DNA of 64,000 nt from a virus, in the IMG/VR virus record IMGVR_UViG_3300003702_000496, positions 19,253 to 83,252 of that record; one strand, written 5' to 3'. Made by a program: the position numbers and the translations under genes. Positions 27,160-36,048 of this stretch are shown one piece after another; position 1 is the first letter of the stretch; the number at the start of each line of letters is the position of its first letter. The notes beneath the pieces were generated by a model. It was given only the letters and a program-made list of their open reading frames with translations. It did no database searches and was not told the DNA's origin.

Positions 27160-27381
27160 TTATTCTTTAAGTATATACTTCATACCGCAATAGCCGCAAA
27201 CCGCGAAACCACTCTCTTCTATGGTGTAGTATACAACGGGATGATCATTGTCACACTTAATTTTTCTGTTATGTACTGTGGTGCTGTCAGAACTGAATAC
27301 ATATTTTTCATCTACTCTTACAATGCGTTCCTCTTCGGGAATAACATAGCTATTCTCTGCGTTTGCCTTTCTCAATGGCAT
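27160..27381 (-). CDS. zf-CHCC zinc-finger protein
   Basis: CD..HPVVY......AVCGYCG. Confidence 0.8.
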   Translation of the reverse strand: MPLRKANAENSYVIPEEERIVRVDEKYVFSSDSTTVHNRKIKCDNDHPVVYYTIEESGFAVCGYCGMKYILKE

Positions 27382-27794
27382 GATTTTCCGAACTTTCTTA
27401 AACGAATATAGTTATAGGGAAGCGGAGCGATATAACCAGCTATCAGCATCAGGGGGATTACAAACCAATTCAGTTCAGCACCGCCTGTCACAACGAAGTC
27501 TATTGCGTTCATCACTGCTTCCATAGTTATCATAGAGATAAGGGACATACCAGCTGCGGTTTTGAGCGCGAGTTTAAACGGTAATTGTTTGCTGAGAATT
27601 ATGGTTTCTAACAGAATTGAGGTGAGTATGCCATTTACGATGGCTAACGTCAAAATTGACCACACTGGCCAAGGAATTTCGGTTAACTGAAAGAACAGTA
27701 TAGTACCAAAATCACCTATTGAGCACCCTATCAGACACCATAGCGTGTTGATTAGAGTGCGTTTATATAGATCAATTAGAATGTTATTTTTCAT
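27372..27794 (-). CDS. DUF4396-like membrane protein
   Basis: TLWCLIGCSIGD, SMITME..MN, PLPYNY, ends K.CH. Confidence 0.75.
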   Translation of the reverse strand: MKNNILIDLYKRTLINTLWCLIGCSIGDFGTILFFQLTEIPWPVWSILTLAIVNGILTSILLETIILSKQLPFKLALKTAAGMSLISMITMEAVMNAIDFVVTGGAELNWFVIPLMLIAGYIAPLPYNYIRLRKFGKSCH

Positions 27795-27909
27795 TTAAAT
27801 TTCTTATACATCATTAAATAGTACATGAATGATCGCGGATAATGGTATGGGTTGGGTATGTCAACCGCAAAATATTCTTCGAGTTTCTCAACTATCTCAG
27901 ACATATCGG

Positions 27910-28638
27910 TTACTTTTTGTACAATATGCTGTTCATGCTGCATGTTGCATTTCTTCCAAAGTAGTCACAATAATATGTATCTACGAATAAAGTATTCGGT
28001 ATTTTCAATTTGGTTTGTGCTCTTCCTCTTGTATCTTCTATAATCATATAATCTTTCTCGTTCATATGCAAATCAAAATACGCTATTACTGCATTTACGT
28101 TCACATGAGCATCCTCTATTATAAGCCACGGATGAGGTGGGAAGTTTCGGTGGCCGACGAAGAAATAGTTCTCGATATCAAACGCCAAGGGCGTTGAGAA
28201 TGCATTCTCTAGTGTCTCTATTTTCTCACTGTCTCCTTTTACGAAAGTCACTCCCTCATAACTAGTAGTTGGTGGATTTATGTCTACGCTAATTATCTTT
28301 GTATTCACAAGTCCATACATCTTACATAAATCTGCCATCCATATTGCACTTCCGCCTTCGCTTCCGCTTCCTATTTCCAGTATCGTAGCGGGTTTTATAT
28401 CCCATATCATCATACTGTACAATGTGAAGTCAAATACGGTCTTGTAGAGGGGTATTCCTTTCCATGTCATGCAATTCTTTACACCCTGGCTCATAAGTAA
28501 TGTATCTATATGTACATGGCTAGTCTCAGGACGTTCCGAAAAAGAAACAAACTTCTCTTGTTTTCTTATTTCCGAAATGTCTTTTTGTTTATCTTTAGAA
28601 AGTATATTAATATTTCTTTTTAAATAGGTGTCTGTCAT
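27910..28638 (-). CDS. CmcI-family SAM-dependent methyltransferase
   Basis: WKGIPLYK...D...Y..MIWDIKP.TILEIGS...GGSAIW; IIEDAH; IIEDT. Confidence 0.8.
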   Translation of the reverse strand: MTDTYLKRNINILSKDKQKDISEIRKQEKFVSFSERPETSHVHIDTLLMSQGVKNCMTWKGIPLYKTVFDFTLYSMMIWDIKPATILEIGSGSEGGSAIWMADLCKMYGLVNTKIISVDINPPTTSYEGVTFVKGDSEKIETLENAFSTPLAFDIENYFFVGHRNFPPHPWLIIEDAHVNVNAVIAYFDLHMNEKDYMIIEDTRGRAQTKLKIPNTLFVDTYYCDYFGRNATCSMNSILYKK

Positions 28639-29132
28639 TTAGAAGGATCAATTTGTGGCCACTGTTCAGCATAATCCTCTCCTTTAAAATTAGGATTAAT
28701 TATATTAGGATCACCCATGAGTTCTAATTCTGTTCCTTCCGCTAAAATGCAAGATATACCAGTAGAAGAATGTTCAACAATACTAAATGCGCGTGTTCTG
28801 GGATGAACATATACCATGAATATGGTAGTGACAACAGCCATTTTGTTTTTAGCCACACCTATTGTAAATGGAATCTCTTTATATCCTTCTGTAATAAATT
28901 TTTCCACAACAGGAGTATCGTTGCATGTGACTTGTTTAGGCAGTTTAAATATAGCGCCGTAAGGTCGTTGACCACGGCGAACAACAGGGGGTACTTTTTC
29001 TGGTGGATTTTCCGCAACAACAGGCGCTTCAAGCGGAGTTTCAGTAATAGTTGGGGGAACAATTTCTTGAGCATGTGTTGATGCTGTAGCACTAAACAAC
29101 ATAATCGCAATAATTGCCATAATTATACTCAT
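28635..29132 (-). CDS. Secreted/periplasmic hypothetical protein
   Basis: Signal peptide; two-Cys domain similar to ORF 59787-60149. Confidence 0.6.
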   Translation of the reverse strand: MSIIMAIIAIMLFSATASTHAQEIVPPTITETPLEAPVVAENPPEKVPPVVRRGQRPYGAIFKLPKQVTCNDTPVVEKFITEGYKEIPFTIGVAKNKMAVVTTIFMVYVHPRTRAFSIVEHSSTGISCILAEGTELELMGDPNIINPNFKGEDYAEQWPQIDPSK

Positions 29133-29159
29133 CTTTTATTTAGTGTTTCTTTCTATTTA

Positions 29160-29627
29160 CTAGTCAGAAACACTATCCAATTTATTTTGTCTCTCTTGAT
29201 CTATAAAATTGTATAGTTGTAAATCTATAATCATATGATTATCACCTTGACTATTTGTTCCTCTCATCTCTGTGCCTTCGGGCATTTGTTTTGCTTTTTG
29301 CATCATTTTGCTGATAAGTCTATGCAATTCTTTGGAATAAGGCAATTCATATCCGATAGGTTCTTTTATGCCAGGAGTTAATAACCACAAATAAATTGCA
29401 TCTGGTTCATCAATAAAATGTTTTACTACCAAAAACTTTGAAGGCAGTTCTTTAGTAGTGGGATAACCCATTAATTGTGTATATGTGTACGCAACACTGC
29501 CCGTAAGAAAAAGAACAAGCGGAATGAACACAAAGAGAAATGATTTCCTCTTCACAAGTGTTATTAAAGTAAACAAGCATAACACCGCAAACATTATGAG
29601 TGAAAGGAAAAGTAAACTTACTTCCAT
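29160..29627 (-). CDS. Membrane protein of MotA-like cassette
   Basis: Two N-terminal TM helices; GYPT...IYLW...EP..Y.LPYS..LH. Confidence 0.65.
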   Translation of the reverse strand: MEVSLLFLSLIMFAVLCLFTLITLVKRKSFLFVFIPLVLFLTGSVAYTYTQLMGYPTTKELPSKFLVVKHFIDEPDAIYLWLLTPGIKEPIGYELPYSKELHRLISKMMQKAKQMPEGTEMRGTNSQGDNHMIIDLQLYNFIDQERQNKLDSVSD

Positions 29628-29630
29628 ATC

Positions 29631-30287
29631 CTACGGAGCTCCGGCCGGTGGTGGCGCACTCTGTGGTTCAACACGACTATCTGTAAATTCTGTTGGGTCA
29701 TTGATGATACTTATTGGGTCTTTATTTGTGTCAATAATACTTCCCAACTTATTCAGAGTTATTCTCCGAATTGTAATTTCCTCTCCTCTTTTGAGCATCA
29801 CCACCTTCTCTTCAAATAAAATTCTATATGGATTTATTTTTATCATTTGCACTGTTATATTTGTTAGGTCCGGCGATTTTTTATTAAACATATGAACATT
29901 GATAATATATTCGCCCGGGTGCCATCCGCGCAATGAGACTACTTCTCTGTTCAGAAGTATAATTTGTCGAGTGCCATCAGGAAGAATAAGTGTATCATTG
30001 ATGGAGCCAAGATCATCCTTATCCAGATGCATCAATCCTTCAACTTTATTCTTGAAAGAGACATGCTTTTTTAGTGGGTTTCGTACCCACAAATCCACAT
30101 CATCATGTGACTCCTTATCCCATTCAAGAACAATAATATATTCCGCTTTTCTCTCCACCTCAGATTGTTTTGTAACTGGATTTATCAACAACAATGCTAG
30201 AATTAACATACTGATAAACGCTAACAGTAGAATGAATAAAAAATCAACAAACGCTAGATTATTATGAAATCTACGAATTTGACGCAT
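29631..30287 (-). CDS. ExbD/MotB-like single-TM partner protein
   Basis: AFVDFLF TM helix with Asp, then periplasmic DVDLWV...LDKDDLG...NREVV...GEY.INVH. Confidence 0.6.
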   Translation of the reverse strand: MRQIRRFHNNLAFVDFLFILLLAFISMLILALLLINPVTKQSEVERKAEYIIVLEWDKESHDDVDLWVRNPLKKHVSFKNKVEGLMHLDKDDLGSINDTLILPDGTRQIILLNREVVSLRGWHPGEYIINVHMFNKKSPDLTNITVQMIKINPYRILFEEKVVMLKRGEEITIRRITLNKLGSIIDTNKDPISIINDPTEFTDSRVEPQSAPPPAGAP

Positions 30288-30711
30288 TATATGTTACTAA
30301 TTGTATTTTAAGAATGACAGAGGAAATTAGTCCCAATAAGGTTGTGCTTAGAGCTGTATATAGTCCTCTACTCATTGATGACAGAACTGCTCGTATGCTT
30401 TCAACATCAGTGAATTGTACTGAATCAAATGTTCCGATTAACATTATCATAAATCCGATAATGGTTCCTATCATACCGAGCGTAAGAACGGCATCAGAAA
30501 TAAACCATTCTACTTCATTATCAAATTGTTTCTTAAAAAATGATTTATAACCAAGTGATAATGTTGTAGCTCCAAATACCATAGTAATTAGATAAGTTAT
30601 CATTGTTGCATCTTTTTCATACAACGGCAATAACCAATCATTTGCATACGAGAAGTATATCAAAACTCCAAGTACACACATTGTTAACCACCAGCGTAGT
30701 GATTTTATCAT
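30271..30711 (-). CDS. MotA/TolQ/ExbB proton-channel family protein
   Basis: LGMIGTIIGF...G...AL.TTLLGL; GGAG RBS before ATG 30711. Confidence 0.8.
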   Translation of the reverse strand: MIKSLRWWLTMCVLGVLIYFSYANDWLLPLYEKDATMITYLITMVFGATTLSLGYKSFFKKQFDNEVEWFISDAVLTLGMIGTIIGFMIMLIGTFDSVQFTDVESIRAVLSSMSRGLYTALSTTLLGLISSVILKIQLVTYNASNS

Positions 30712-31415
30712 ATTACTCCCTTTTTCTGACTTAGTATACTTTTTTCTGTTAATTCCGGCCCGCTTTCCAAATTTTCTTTCTGCTCCCACGGCCTTTCATA
30801 TGACGTATTGATATCGGGATTTGTCTCACCGTATATAATTGGCAACGTGTTCCAAAAGATTACGCCTATAGATACGCGATTTCCTTCATATGGTTGTACT
30901 GCATGAGTTACATTCATTGGAAAGGATATCAGTCTATTTACAATTGGCGCTATCGAATCTGTTTCAATCTCCGCCCATGAGAATAATTCCTTCTCATTTA
31001 TTTTTACTCTGGTAACAGGCGGTTTAGTATAGATATTTAGATGTCCTCCAGCTGTAGGTGCTCTCAGATAATATATAAATGTCTTTTCTGGCGGATTGGG
31101 TGGCGTGTAATCTACTCCGCCACTGGTGCAATAAGATACTAAATCACTATGCGGTAAAGGGTCTTTTGGTCTAATGTTCCACCAAGCAGTTGCACCAGAT
31201 ATATCCTGATGCCACTGCACTGCTGTTGCACTAGATATAGAACTATGATCTAATTCATGGTAGAATTTATAGAAAATCTTATGAACCAGATCATGAAATG
31301 CGTTCTCAGGTTTAGCATTTCTTCCTATCCAGTGGACTTCCGAGAATTTCATAGAAGTCGTGCCCAATGCTAGATATAAGGATTCGTCTAAAAAATTGTC
31401 TGTTATTGTTATCAT
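30708..31415 (-). CDS. 2OG-Fe(II) oxygenase
   Basis: HSD...YYL....GG.L...NRLISFP..THAV.PYEG.RVS. Confidence 0.8.
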   Translation of the reverse strand: MITITDNFLDESLYLALGTTSMKFSEVHWIGRNAKPENAFHDLVHKIFYKFYHELDHSSISSATAVQWHQDISGATAWWNIRPKDPLPHSDLVSYCTSGGVDYTPPNPPEKTFIYYLRAPTAGGHLNIYTKPPVTRVKINEKELFSWAEIETDSIAPIVNRLISFPMNVTHAVQPYEGNRVSIGVIFWNTLPIIYGETNPDINTSYERPWEQKENLESGPELTEKSILSQKKGVI

Positions 31416-31711
31416 ACACCGAAGCTTTCCCCACAACCACAAGAACTGGTAGAAGTAGGATTTACTACCTTTAGAAAACTACCACCAAGCTCTGTTACAT
31501 AATCTATTTCGCTACCAATAACATACATCTCTGCCATTGGGTCTAGTATCAGTATATCATCAATTAAATAGGGAGTATTGTCTGTTTCTGATGTTGTTCC
31601 CCATATATATTGGAATCCAGCACAACCCCCGCCCTTTACACCAAGAGTTATGTATCCACCGTTGGACACAGTATGCATATATTCCTTTGCACGACTTGTA
31701 AGTTTAATCAT
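31412..31711 (-). CDS. iscA: IscA/HesB A-type Fe-S carrier
   Basis: GGGCAGFQY and C-terminal CGCGESF. Confidence 0.92.
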   Translation of the reverse strand: MIKLTSRAKEYMHTVSNGGYITLGVKGGGCAGFQYIWGTTSETDNTPYLIDDILILDPMAEMYVIGSEIDYVTELGGSFLKVVNPTSTSSCGCGESFGV

Positions 31712-31831
31712 ATACTTATTTAGGTTAAACGCTTTGCCTTGCGTAATAGATATGCTATAACCGTATCCCAATAGTTTTTAGCCCATTCGGTTTTAGATAC
31801 TTCCCTCGCAGAATATGCTCGATCTATTCTC

Positions 31832-32212
31832 TCAGTTATTAAGTCTAAGATCATCATTGACCTCCATTCGTTCCTTTAATTCATCAAGTAAATCCATGAA
31901 GGTACGATAAAACTTCTCAGTTCTGGCGTCAAACTCTTCACTAAACTCATTAAAGTATTCTTTGAATTTATTACCATCTTCATCAACTCTAGGTACACAG
32001 AGAGTCTTTATTGTAGAATCTTGTTTAGCAATAGATTTTTTTGCTTGAAGACAGGACTTCATAGAAGGCATATCTATTACGAGAGGCGGATTGCTCTCTA
32101 GTAAGATATGATCATCCATATCTTTAATATAATTACCATCACCACCTAATGCAGTAATAATTAATAATGCTTTTATCATATTATCATAGCCCAGGCTAAC
32201 AAACTGAAACAT
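31832..32212 (-). CDS. Hypothetical protein
   Basis: Likely start MIKALLII; SM.SC..A...C.P motif. Confidence 0.5.
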   Translation of the reverse strand: MFQFVSLGYDNMIKALLIITALGGDGNYIKDMDDHILLESNPPLVIDMPSMKSCLQAKKSIAKQDSTIKTLCVPRVDEDGNKFKEYFNEFSEEFDARTEKFYRTFMDLLDELKERMEVNDDLRLNN

Positions 32213-32277
32213 ATCCCAAGTATAAACCCAGTTGCCATTCCAGCGGCAAAAGCTCTACCTTCATAATCAATAAACAT

Positions 32278-32457
32278 TTAATATTTTTCCTTCTGCTTTT
32301 TATTTTCTTGTCCAATACCCATTAAAATTAAAAGAACATATGGTATTGTCCAAGCCCAATGTGTTAAGTATCCTGTGATATGCAATGTCATTAACACAAC
32401 ACCTGTTAAACCTGTTGTACTAAGTCCAGCAGGTTTGCTAATTTCTGGTAACTTCAT
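32278..32457 (-). CDS. Small membrane protein
   Basis: MKLPEISKP..GLTGVVLMTLHITGYL..WAW; upstream part of the track ORF overlaps another gene. Confidence 0.5.
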   Translation of the reverse strand: MKLPEISKPAGLSTTGLTGVVLMTLHITGYLTHWAWTIPYVLLILMGIGQENKKQKEKY

Positions 32458-32458
32458 A

Positions 32459-32674
32459 TTACATTTCTCCCCATCCAGCGTTGCGTAGCCACGCATTGTC
32501 CGCTGCGGTGTTATCGTCTTGGATTTTGAAATCCGCCATCTTGGATTTGTCACTAGCGCAGCTGTCACAGATCGTTCTGTCGCCCCAAGGATCGGTATTG
32601 CCGCATCGCACCTCAGTTGCTCGATAGTCGTAACCGTGCGGCACATAAAAGGTCACTTTGTTTTTACATGTCAT
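32459..32674 (-). CDS. Small Cys-containing hypothetical protein
   Basis: MTCKN...RCGNT.P.G....CDSC. Confidence 0.55.
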   Translation of the reverse strand: MTCKNKVTFYVPHGYDYRATEVRCGNTDPWGDRTICDSCASDKSKMADFKIQDDNTAADNAWLRNAGWGEM

Positions 32675-32675
32675 C

Positions 32676-32981
32676 TTATATTTTACTCCATCCAGTAGAT
32701 TCACATTTGAATGTATCTCTGCCAATTATCACCATATCGCCTGGACTTGTACTACGACAGGAAATACCCTTGAACAACTTGGTAACATCTTTATTCTTCC
32801 ACCAAGCGGTATCAATGGTGTTGGTCAATACATATGCTTTCTCTAGCTTCTCATCAGTAGTTAGATTTTTTTTCATATCAATTGACGCAACTTTGTGAGG
32901 GGCGCTGCCATATGCAGCATGTATCACTGTTACCTTCTCAGATAATAGTGTTTTTATTAGGGCATCTGCTATTTTACTCAT
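32676..32981 (-). CDS. Hypothetical phage protein
   Basis: LEKAY.LTN.I...W...RSTS.GD motif. Confidence 0.6.
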   Translation of the reverse strand: MSKIADALIKTLLSEKVTVIHAAYGSAPHKVASIDMKKNLTTDEKLEKAYVLTNTIDTAWWKNKDVTKLFKGISCRSTSPGDMVIIGRDTFKCESTGWSKI

Positions 32982-32987
32982 AAGGAT

Positions 32988-33542
32988 TTACCAGCTGGCG
33001 TAACCATCCCTTGCTTCCATTCGATATGAAGAACGATTATTATTGCGATTATTATTGACAATTTCCCAAGAACCATCAGGTTGTCTGCAAGCAGTTCCGT
33101 ATGCAGAATGACGTTCTCCAGCAATTGTCACCTCAGTCTGATATTCTCGACAATATCGGTTTCCATGCCTAAAAGTATTTACTGGAGTGATGTTTCCATA
33201 ATTTCCAGTGTCGGGGTTGTTCCAAGTGGTAGAAGTACCGCTTCTTGAATATTCAAGCGAATTTTGTGCATTTCTTGTGAGATACATTTGATCTACTTTA
33301 TCCATAGAACTTCCTACATCCCTACCTATTAGGCCTCCAAGAAAAACTCCTACACCAACTGCAACCAATTGTCCTCGGCCCTTTCCTATTTGTGACCCGC
33401 CTAGACCGCCTAGAGCAGCGCCAAGCAACAGTCCAATAGTCTCTTTAGGGCCACTTCCAGCAGTTGCTGAAGTGGTAGCAGCATTACAACCACCTAAAAT
33501 TAATGCAATTGCACATGTAGTTGTCAGTAAAAACTTTCTCAT
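32988..33542 (-). CDS. 17-kDa surface-antigen-like lipoprotein (glycine zipper)
   Basis: Lipobox LGGC, glycine zipper, W.NPDTGN.G, CREY...I.G....YGTACRQPDGSW. Confidence 0.88.
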   Translation of the reverse strand: MRKFLLTTTCAIALILGGCNAATTSATAGSGPKETIGLLLGAALGGLGGSQIGKGRGQLVAVGVGVFLGGLIGRDVGSSMDKVDQMYLTRNAQNSLEYSRSGTSTTWNNPDTGNYGNITPVNTFRHGNRYCREYQTEVTIAGERHSAYGTACRQPDGSWEIVNNNRNNNRSSYRMEARDGYASW

Positions 33543-33569
33543 AACTTTCCTCAGTTCAGTTTATGTTTA

Positions 33570-33598
33570 ATAGTATCATATAGAATATAATTTGTCAA
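33570..33598 (-). promoter_or_regulatory. sigma70-like promoter
   Basis: TTGACA-17-TACTAT, extended TG. Confidence 0.7.
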
Positions 33599-33650
33599 GT
33601 CTTTATATTTATTCATTATTCCAATGAATTATATAGGTAACGTATCCACT

Positions 33651-33947
33651 TTATAATGTACACAAATCATGATAACCTAGTTCGCGAAGAGTGTTATTCC
33701 ACTCTTCCTCTTTTCTCATAAAGGAAAGTTTTTCGTTTCGGTTTCTGCTATACTCACGAAGTTTCTCTTTGTTATTCTCGCGATATTTCTTTGCAGCTGC
33801 AAGAACTTTCTCTTTGTTATTCTCACGCCATTTCTTTGCAGATTCAAGAACTTTCTCTGGATACCTCTCACGGTATCTAATATTAGAAGCGCGCTTTTTC
33901 TCTGCTTTAGTCATAACAACTTCTTCATTTCTCATTACCATGTCCAA
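33651..33947 (-). CDS. Basic repeat protein (KKYRENNKEK repeats)
   Basis: 14-aa basic helical repeats; no nuclease motif. Confidence 0.55.
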   Translation of the reverse strand: MDMVMRNEEVVMTKAEKKRASNIRYRERYPEKVLESAKKWRENNKEKVLAAAKKYRENNKEKLREYSRNRNEKLSFMRKEEEWNNTLRELGYHDLCTL

Positions 33948-34684
33948 TCCCGATTACGCCGGCCGGAGCGCCAAGGCTTCTTCTTTAAAGCGTTAATGTT
34001 ACGAGTTAGTTTGTTCTTCTTATCAATGGTATTAGTGGAGGCCTGCAAACTCTCAGCGAAGTGGATAATGGCCATCTTGACTTCCCTATGCCGTTTGTGG
34101 TAGTTCTTTCCACCGACAATACGAAACTCAATCCATCCAGTACCCTTTTTGATATTCAATTTTGACATGTTGATCGAATCGTACTTGTACTTATTATTCA
34201 TCTTGTTCTTGAGTTTGGTAAACACCCTATCCTGAGAATCATTTTTTCTCAGGGTCAGGCCCTTCTTCATAGGTTCAACAAACTCGTTTTGAGTGCGCTT
34301 GAATGCCCTTAACCACTTCTGTTCATCCACAAGTAGAACTAGTTTTGCCTCATCAATCTTCTTGGTTTCACTTTTTCGGGAGAATCCCAGATTGATATGA
34401 AGACCACATGACGCATTTGTTTGAGCGTTCATGAGTTCCATCAAAGTGAACAATTTGTCTATCGCCTTCAAGCCCTTTTTCAAAGACCAAACAGGCGTGA
34501 CAATCTCCACATCTGAATTGTCCCTATTGGTTGTAACAGAAGGATCATCTGTTACAATGAATTTGTCCCGAGTCCTGAAACTGTTGCGGTCAACAATTTC
34601 GGGGAAGATCGCCTTCACTGCACCTCTGATTGTAGAACTAGGGGCATCTACACCCATCTCTAGTTCATAACCAACTTCGATCAT
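33935..34684 (-). CDS. Putative amidoligase (COOH-NH2 ligase, glutamine-synthetase-like fold)
   Basis: GYELE, DPS, EIVTP, N.SCGLHIN, KY.SIN, IEFR..GG. Confidence 0.8.
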   Translation of the reverse strand: MIEVGYELEMGVDAPSSTIRGAVKAIFPEIVDRNSFRTRDKFIVTDDPSVTTNRDNSDVEIVTPVWSLKKGLKAIDKLFTLMELMNAQTNASCGLHINLGFSRKSETKKIDEAKLVLLVDEQKWLRAFKRTQNEFVEPMKKGLTLRKNDSQDRVFTKLKNKMNNKYKYDSINMSKLNIKKGTGWIEFRIVGGKNYHKRHREVKMAIIHFAESLQASTNTIDKKNKLTRNINALKKKPWRSGRRNRDWTW

Positions 34685-34713
34685 TACAAAACCTTTTCTC
34701 TCACTTATACCCT

Positions 34714-34742
34714 ATGCTACCATATGGGATAGGGTTTGTCAA
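34714..34742 (-). promoter_or_regulatory. sigma70-like early promoter
   Basis: TTGACA-17-TAGCAT. Confidence 0.75.
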
Positions 34743-34966
34743 CTAAAATCGCCCGGGGCCCAGAACGCTCGTTCTGGAGTCCAAGAAAAATTTCTATCAT
34801 CGAGCCATCGCCATTCACCCGTTTTCAACGACTGAATAGGAGGCAGACGGCGAGGGTGTGACATTTTTATCACACCTGGCGGCAAGTCTAAGACTTCCCA
34901 CTGGTCGCCGTGTTCATGGACACGGTTTTTCCCGTGTCTGGTGATACCTTTAAGGGTAATAATCAT
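34739..34966 (-). CDS. Hypothetical early protein
   Basis: L.G.TRHGKNRV.EHG..W motif; near-leaderless start after promoter. Confidence 0.6.
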   Translation of the reverse strand: MIITLKGITRHGKNRVHEHGDQWEVLDLPPGVIKMSHPRRLPPIQSLKTGEWRWLDDRNFSWTPERAFWAPGDFS

Positions 34967-34974
34967 TATGTCTT

Positions 34975-35003
34975 ATTCTAACACATGGGACAGGGTTTGT
35001 CAA
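34975..35003 (-). promoter_or_regulatory. sigma70-like early promoter
   Basis: TTGACA-17-TAGAAT; spacer similar to that of the 34714-34742 promoter. Confidence 0.8.
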
Positions 35004-35017
35004 ATCAGCCCCCCTGT

Positions 35018-35175
35018 TAAGTCATTGAAATTAAAGACAGAATCGAGGTTTTTTTTCTACTTTTTTTGTGGTTAAGCCATTGATAATAAACAAAACTTTT
35101 TTTATGTCTAAGTCATTGATTCTAAACGATTTTGAAAAAAAAGTTCAAAAATCTTTTAAGTCATTGATATATAAA
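35018..35175 (-). repeat. Four direct repeats matching the IHF consensus WATCAANNNNTTR
   Basis: TAAG(T/C)CATTGA at 35018, 35073, 35109, 35157, separated by A/T tracts. Confidence 0.7.
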
Positions 35176-36045
35176 GATATTGTCTGTGAGGAAGTCATAG
35201 ACCTCAGAAAATGGGCCTGCGGAAATCATAATTATCGCATCTCTATCAAGGGCATTCAATTCTTCTAAAGTCTCAGCACAACAGATGTCCACATAGCATT
35301 CATCCGATTGTATGTGAGAAGTGATATATCTTTTGATATAGTCTATTGATTCAATCTTAGACCAAGTAGATACTTCCTGTAAGGTTTGATATATGGAGAC
35401 AGCCCTCTGACGGTCAGACTGCGTTAATAGTTTATTACGAGAACTACAAGCAAGACCATCAGAATCCCTTATGATAGGAGCTATGACTACCTTTATGGGA
35501 AGACCTAACTGTTTGATAAGAGATTTTAACCCAAAATTTTGATATGCGTCCTTTTGCCCGACCACAGTTATATCTGGCATTATAACATTAAATACTGGAA
35601 AATATGTTGAAAGAACATACGTCAATCTGGGAGAGATAGTCGCATCAAATGTATCACGATTTCTCCAGAAAGCATATGCTTTCTCACACATTTCTATGGG
35701 AATACTCAAATCATCTATATATAATTGATCCCCTACTCCACCAATATAAAAAAATACATCTACCCCATTTGATTTTGCTAATTCAATATCTCTTGAAAGT
35801 CCATTTGACATCTTTCTATATTGCAATAAACTTTTCGTATATTCTTCAGCGGATTGTTCTTTATAATCTACACTGTGACCAGCACTTAGTACCACTACAT
35901 CAGCATTTTCTTTGGCAATCTTTACCAAGGACATATGACCATCATGTAATTCTGCATCTGTATCTATAGATGCTATAGTTTTACCTTCACGTTTTAATCG
36001 TTGACAATAATCTTTTGTCACTTGAATTGATTCTATAAATTTCAT
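35161..36045 (-). CDS. panC: Divergent pantoate-beta-alanine ligase-like protein (paralog 3)
   Basis: LHDGH, GQKDAYQ, RDSDGLACSSRN, DN C-terminus; NPxQF and RPGHF absent. Confidence 0.8.
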   Translation of the reverse strand: MKFIESIQVTKDYCQRLKREGKTIASIDTDAELHDGHMSLVKIAKENADVVVLSAGHSVDYKEQSAEEYTKSLLQYRKMSNGLSRDIELAKSNGVDVFFYIGGVGDQLYIDDLSIPIEMCEKAYAFWRNRDTFDATISPRLTYVLSTYFPVFNVIMPDITVVGQKDAYQNFGLKSLIKQLGLPIKVVIAPIIRDSDGLACSSRNKLLTQSDRQRAVSIYQTLQEVSTWSKIESIDYIKRYITSHIQSDECYVDICCAETLEELNALDRDAIIMISAGPFSEVYDFLTDNIFIYQ

Positions 36046-36048
36046 TTC

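Noticed and set aside
29160-30711. Zorya defence system
   Set aside because: No long ZorA tail, OmpA-like ZorB domain or ZorC/D/E genes
33651-33947. Homing endonuclease
   Set aside because: Only the basic repeat tract is present; no HNH, GIY-YIG or EndoVII motif
35018-35175. Possible mini-CRISPR array
   Set aside because: Repeats are only about 11-18 nt and degenerate, with irregular low-complexity spacers and no cas genes; the IHF consensus explains them better
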